Positions 59,128 to 64,000 of a stretch of DNA of 64,000 nucleotides are shown here, piece by piece. Position 1 is the first letter of the stretch, and each line of letters starts with the position of its first letter. The position numbers and the translations under genes are program-made. This stretch comes from Dictyostelium discoideum (Eukaryota): the NCBI GenBank assembly GCA_000004695.1, contig CM000152.2, positions 800,001 to 864,000 of the forward strand. Direction: 5' to 3'. A model generated the notes under the pieces. It saw only the letters and a list, made by a program, of their open reading frames with translations, made no database searches and was not told the origin of the DNA.

Positions 59128-60254
59128 ATGTCTAGTTTTTTATCAACACCAACCCCCAACTCTTTAACCCACTCAACATCAACTGAAGAAATTTATAAAA
59201 AAAATTCTTTTTGTACAATATTTGAAAAACAGTTATGGAGGAGTGATAGATGTAAACACTGTTTTAAAACAGAATTCCAACATTCTGTAAACATTTCAAG
59301 GTAATTAATATTTTTATTAATTTTTTTTTTTTTTTTTTTTAAGAAAAACAAATTAAAAAAAAAAAAAAGAAAAACAAAAAAAAAAACAAAAAAAAAAAAA
59401 AAATCTATAAAAAGAATAATAGATAATACCAATTTTAAATATATACTCTTTTTATTTTTATTTTTTTTTTTTTCTTGCATTTGTTATTGTTATTTTTCTC
59501 ACCCTTTCAATTTTGTTGATTTACAACAAAAGTTTGGAAAACCAGCCTTTTTTGTTTTTCCTTAATGCAAAAAGAAAAAGAAAAAGAAAAAAAGAAAATA
59601 ATGTTAAAATCTATTGTAATATAAATAGATTTTAAAATTTTGATTGTAATATGTTTTTCCAAAAAAAAAAAAAAAGATAGCGATAACGATAATTGTAGCG
59701 TTATTTATCACATCAATTTATAAAAATCTCACACACATACCCACCCACCATTTATAATAAATAATATTTTTTTTTTTTTTTACTAGCAAATCCATGCTAC
59801 AACTACCACCCATTTAAAAAATATACTACAAAAATTATATTTTTTCTCACACTTACACACACACATTTTAAAATTCTTTTTTACTAATTTCGTTTTCTAT
59901 ATATAAAATAATAATAATAATAAATATATAATAATAATAATAATAATAGATTTAATGAAAATGTTCCCAACAATAATGAAATAAGTGAAATAACAACTGA
60001 TAACATTAATAATAATAATAATCATAATCATAATAATACATCATCAACAACCAACACAACTGCCATATCAACACCAACACCAAAAAATAATATTAGTAAC
60101 AATAATCCATATCTTAATAATTTAAAAAATATTAATAATAATAATAATAATAACAATAACTCTCCATTAACTCCAACTAAAATAAATAAAAATATTAGTA
60201 ATAGTAATAGTAATAGTAATAGTAATAGTAATAGTAATAGTAATAGTAATAGTA

Positions 60255-60331
<77 letters not shown>

Positions 60332-60672
60332 GTTTCAAATTCAGGACCAACATCACCATCAACATCACCAAATAGAAAAACAAATAGTGTAGTTCCATCA
60401 GTTGAAAGAGCACCATTATCAATCAGAAGATCATTGACACCAAAGGCTATTGAACAATTTTCAAGACAAATTTCATCACAACTATTGGTGTCTGAACCAT
60501 TATCATTACCACCACAAACCATTATAAATAATATAAATAAACAAACTCAAAAACCTAAACCACCTCCACTTCCAACTAAAAATTTTCAATTGGAAACAAC
60601 ACCAACTTTTTCATCAACTGTAACAACACCCGATACAACAAGTCCAACTTTATCTTCATTTTCATTAGATCC

Positions 60673-60703
<31 letters not shown>

Positions 60704-63604
60704 TCTGTGAGCCCAACTTCATCTACACCAACGCCAACACCAACATTAACAACAACAAATTCATCAAATAGACAAACTACAATAATTTCTCCAGTTTTAT
60801 TAGCAATTAGTGAATATCCACCACCAATTTCACCAACTAGACAAATGAGATCTCATTCAGATAGTCCATCTGATTATAATGCTACCATTAATGGTAGTAG
60901 TGGTAGTGTTAGTAATATAAATAATAGTAGTATTAGTATTGCAAGTAGTAATAGTAGTATATCAAGTAATACTAGTAGTAGTAGTAGTGGTACATCATCA
61001 AATAATAGTAGACCAATTAATATTTCAAATTCAAATTTAATTTATGAGAAAAAACATACAAGAAATTCAAGTGGTGGTTCACCATTTTTATCAGGTAGTT
61101 CATCATCACCAACTAATTCATCACCATTATTACCATCACAAGCACCTTCATCAAAAGTAATCAATAATTTAAATACTGGTAACAATAATAACAGTAGTGT
61201 TTCAAGTGGTTCACCAAGAAAATATTCAATTTTCGTTGGTAAATCAAATAAATCAAAATTAAATATTAATAATTCACAATTTAATAATAATAGTACACCA
61301 AATTTACCAACATCCAAAAGACCACTTTCAACTGTACCATCTTTAAAATCAACATCATTTCCAAATGTTGCTGATGCATTTTCAACATTAAATAATAATA
61401 ATAATAATAATACTAATATTAATAATAATAATCAACTTAATAATAGTTCAAATACTTTGTATAATAATAATAATAATAATTATAATTATAATATTAATAA
61501 TTATAATAATGAAGAACAAAATAAAATTTATTTAGCAATAAATTCAATACTTTTATCATTACCAAATATAAATAATTTAGCAGTTCAACAAATGATGGAA
61601 ATTTTATATAATCAACATTTAGATTTAGATAGTAATACAACATTGATAAAGAATGATAAAATGAATGAATTATGTAAGGCTACACAAACTTTACAACAAT
61701 GGATTGAGAGACAAGATCATTTACGTGATGTTATTAGAGTTCAAAGTTGTGTTAGAAGATTCTTATCAAAACGTAGAACTGAATGGTTATCACAAGTTTA
61801 TAATCATTCAATACTTCGTGATAGAAATCAAGAGTTTAGAGGTTTAATCCAATTGGAGCGTAGATACAATGAAAAGTTAGACATTACAATCAACACCTAT
61901 TACAAACGATTAAAACATTCCAATCTATTGAATCGTATGGATTTGCAATCGATTTTCTCCTCAATTAAGCAGATTTATTATGTTCATAAAAGAATTTCAC
62001 TACAATTTGAAGAGTTGTTTAAAAAATGGCCATGTGTTGAGGGATTGGGTGATATTTTCCTTAGAATCGCACCAGAGTTGAGAGTATATGGTGGCTATGT
62101 TAAAAACTTTAAAAATGCAATCGATACTTTAATTTCATGTCAAGAGGAGAATCCAAAGTTTGGTGCTTTCTTAAGAGAACTATGTGAAGATACTCCTGGT
62201 AAAGTTTATGATTTAATGGCATTAATCGCTGCACCATTAAATCATTTAACTGGTTATGAACGTCAATTATTTAACATAGCACTTTATACACCTCAAAATT
62301 GGCCAGATTATGTAAACATTGTAAACGCAGTAACAATGATGAAAGAAGTTGAAACTCTCATTCAAGATTCATTAGGTCAAGCTCAAAATGCTTCAACTCT
62401 AATGGCAATCTATCGTAGAGTTAATAATAGAAAAGCATTGGATCCATTCGTCATACCTGGTAGAATTTTCATACATGAGGGTAAATTACTTAAATTTGAA
62501 TTAAAAAAACAAGATCAAATCTATTATTATTATCTTTGTAATGATTTAATTCTATTTGTAAAGAATAGCAATGGTAGTGGTAATAATATTAATATTGGTG
62601 GTAGTGGTGGTAGTGGTAGTGGTTCGAATGATCAACAGCTATCATCATCAAGAGAATTATTTAAATTTAAAAAATTATTCATGTTATCAGATGTTGTTGT
62701 AACAGATTTACAAGATACTTCAACTCATAAAAATATCATTTCAATTGTAAATCAAAATAATTCACGTGAATCCTATTGTTTCTCAATTGAAGATTCAAGA
62801 GAGAAAAAAGAATTAATGAAACAATTCTCTGCACTATGTTGTACAACCAATACAAACAAGTCCACTAAAATCTTTGGTATATCATTATTTGATTTGGCTC
62901 AAAGAGAAGATGATATTGTTTTAAATTCAAATGGTGGCATACCAATTTTCATCATTAAAACTTGTAATGCTATACTTCAACATCATTTAAATGATGAGGG
63001 TATATTCAGAGTTTCACCAAATCAAAGTGAATTAGAGTCAATTAGGGACCAATTAAATAAATGTGCAACCGAATCTCAATTGGATACGATTATCGCTAAA
63101 ATTAGTAACGGTCATCAATTGGCGGCCCTATTGAAATCTTATTTCAGAGAATTGGCAATACCATTGTTAACCTTTGAATTATTTGATAAGATCATTGAAC
63201 AATTTGGTGATAATGATGATAGTTCAACCGCTGAAAATGTTGAAAATCATATCAATGATGTCAAATCCCTCCTTCAATCAATTCCACAAGTTAATCAAAA
63301 CACATTCCAATTGATTCTATTATTATTGGTCACCGTTGCTGCAAACTCTCAAAATAACAAAATGAATCATATCAATCTTTCAATTGTTTTCACTCCAAAT
63401 CTTTTAAAACCAAAAATTCCAACAATTGAACAATCTCTTAGAATTCCAATTTTAAATAACTTTATAACTTCATTATTAGATAATTACTCATTACTTTATA
63501 ATGATAAATTGGATTCAATTAAAATTATTGACTCAAAATTTCATTTCAAAAAAATATTACCAAATAATAATATTAATAACAGTGGTTTTAGAAATAATTT
63601 ATAA
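59128..63604 (+). CDS. IQ / Rho-GEF (DH domain) / RhoGAP multidomain protein of about 1275 aa in two exons (Dictyostelium xac/gxc-type).
   Basis: Exon 1 is 59128..59300 (MSSFLSTPTPNSL...CKHCFKTEFQHSVNIS, donor GTAATT). Exon 2 is 59950..63604 (acceptor aataatag). The downstream ORF is open from 59924 but has no in-frame ATG until about 60865, so an upstream coding exon is required. Domains: IQ (IRVQSCVRRFLSKRR); DH (FRGLIQLERRYNEKLDI...LISCQEENPKFGAFL...); a PH-like region; RhoGAP (GIFRVSPNQSELESI, LLKSYFRELAIPLLTFELF, NLSIVFTPNLL). The roughly 650-bp intron is unusually long for this genome. Confidence 0.65.
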
Positions 63605-63832
63605 AAATAAAATAAAATAAATGAAAAAAAAACAAATAATAAAAAATTGTAATATATATTTATAAAAAAAAACTACTTGTAATTTATTGGTTCTTTTCTT
63701 TTTAAAAAATGGCTTTTTGGATTGGTAAGAAAATCCATTTTTTTTTTTAAAAAAAGGGTTTGGACTAAAATTTTTTTTTTTCTATTTTAAATTCTTTTTC
63801 TCTGGTTGTCATTAAAATTATAATAAAAAAAA

Positions 63833-64000
63833 ATGAATAAAATTTTATCATTGGTTTTATTTGCTTCAGTTTTGGGTAAATAAAAACCTATGTGAAACTA
63901 CAAATTGTTTTCAAAATAAAATTAAAGAAACATGGTCTTTGACCAGAAAACCAAGATGGAAGTTATCCTTCATTTTGTTAAGGCCCATCATTTAATGCTA
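63833..64000 (+). CDS. Probable first exon (signal peptide) of a gene that continues beyond the window. Partial.
   Basis: ATG at 63833 gives MNKILSLVLFASVLG, then a GTAAAT donor at 63876. The downstream exons are not resolved within the window. Confidence 0.25.

Noticed and set aside
62590-62640. Perfect tRNA T-loop consensus 'GGTTCGAAT' within 'ggtagtggtagtggttcgaatgatc'
   Set aside because: It lies in frame inside the RhoGEF/GAP coding exon (SGGSGSGSNDQQ). There are no acceptor, D or anticodon arms, so it is coincidental.

Overview
The window looks like a gene-dense stretch of Dictyostelium (social amoeba) nuclear DNA; the organism is inferred from sequence composition and gene content only. 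About 78% of the sequence is A+T. Intergenic regions and introns are riddled with poly(dA) and poly(dT) runs. Coding sequence carries long in-frame (AAT)n and (CAA)n tracts that encode poly-Asn and poly-Gln. Introns are short and AT-rich, with GTAAGT or GTATGT donors and AG acceptors. Several Dictyostelium-specific families are present: FNIP repeats, a kinase with an SH2 domain (SHK-type), and an IQ / Rho guanine-nucleotide exchange factor (DH domain) / RhoGAP protein. No prokaryotic features were found (no CRISPR array, no operons, no Shine-Dalgarno sites). No tRNA or rRNA gene and no recognisable transposon was found.

I reconstructed about 27 protein-coding genes by joining the supplied ORFs across introns by eye. 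Internal splice boundaries may be off by 1-2 nt. The genes I can name by homology are: a RhoGAP protein; a cytochrome P450; a BLOC1S2/BLOS2 homologue (subunit 2 of the biogenesis of lysosome-related organelles complex 1); two Ras-family GTPases; a papain-family cysteine protease; an SHK-type SH2-domain kinase; a PTPLA/HACD 3-hydroxyacyl-CoA dehydratase; phosphopantothenoylcysteine decarboxylase; clathrin assembly protein AP180 (probably clmA); translation termination factor eRF3; an ABHD11-like hydrolase; a FNIP-repeat protein; and an IQ / Rho-GEF (DH domain) / RhoGAP protein.

The most notable items are these:
- a roughly 1.3 kb (GAAA)n-based purine-rich tract downstream of the HACD gene;
- a 1062-residue secreted, probably beta-helical protein with highly-expressed-type codon usage and a (GNN)~68 array;
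- an Asn-rich protein with two tandem CxxC-x14-CxxC 'RRWWC' zinc-ribbon motifs;
- a GC-rich tRNA-like island next to a roughly 60-nt poly(dT) inside intron 1 of the protease gene;
- several tandem DNA duplications in promoter regions.
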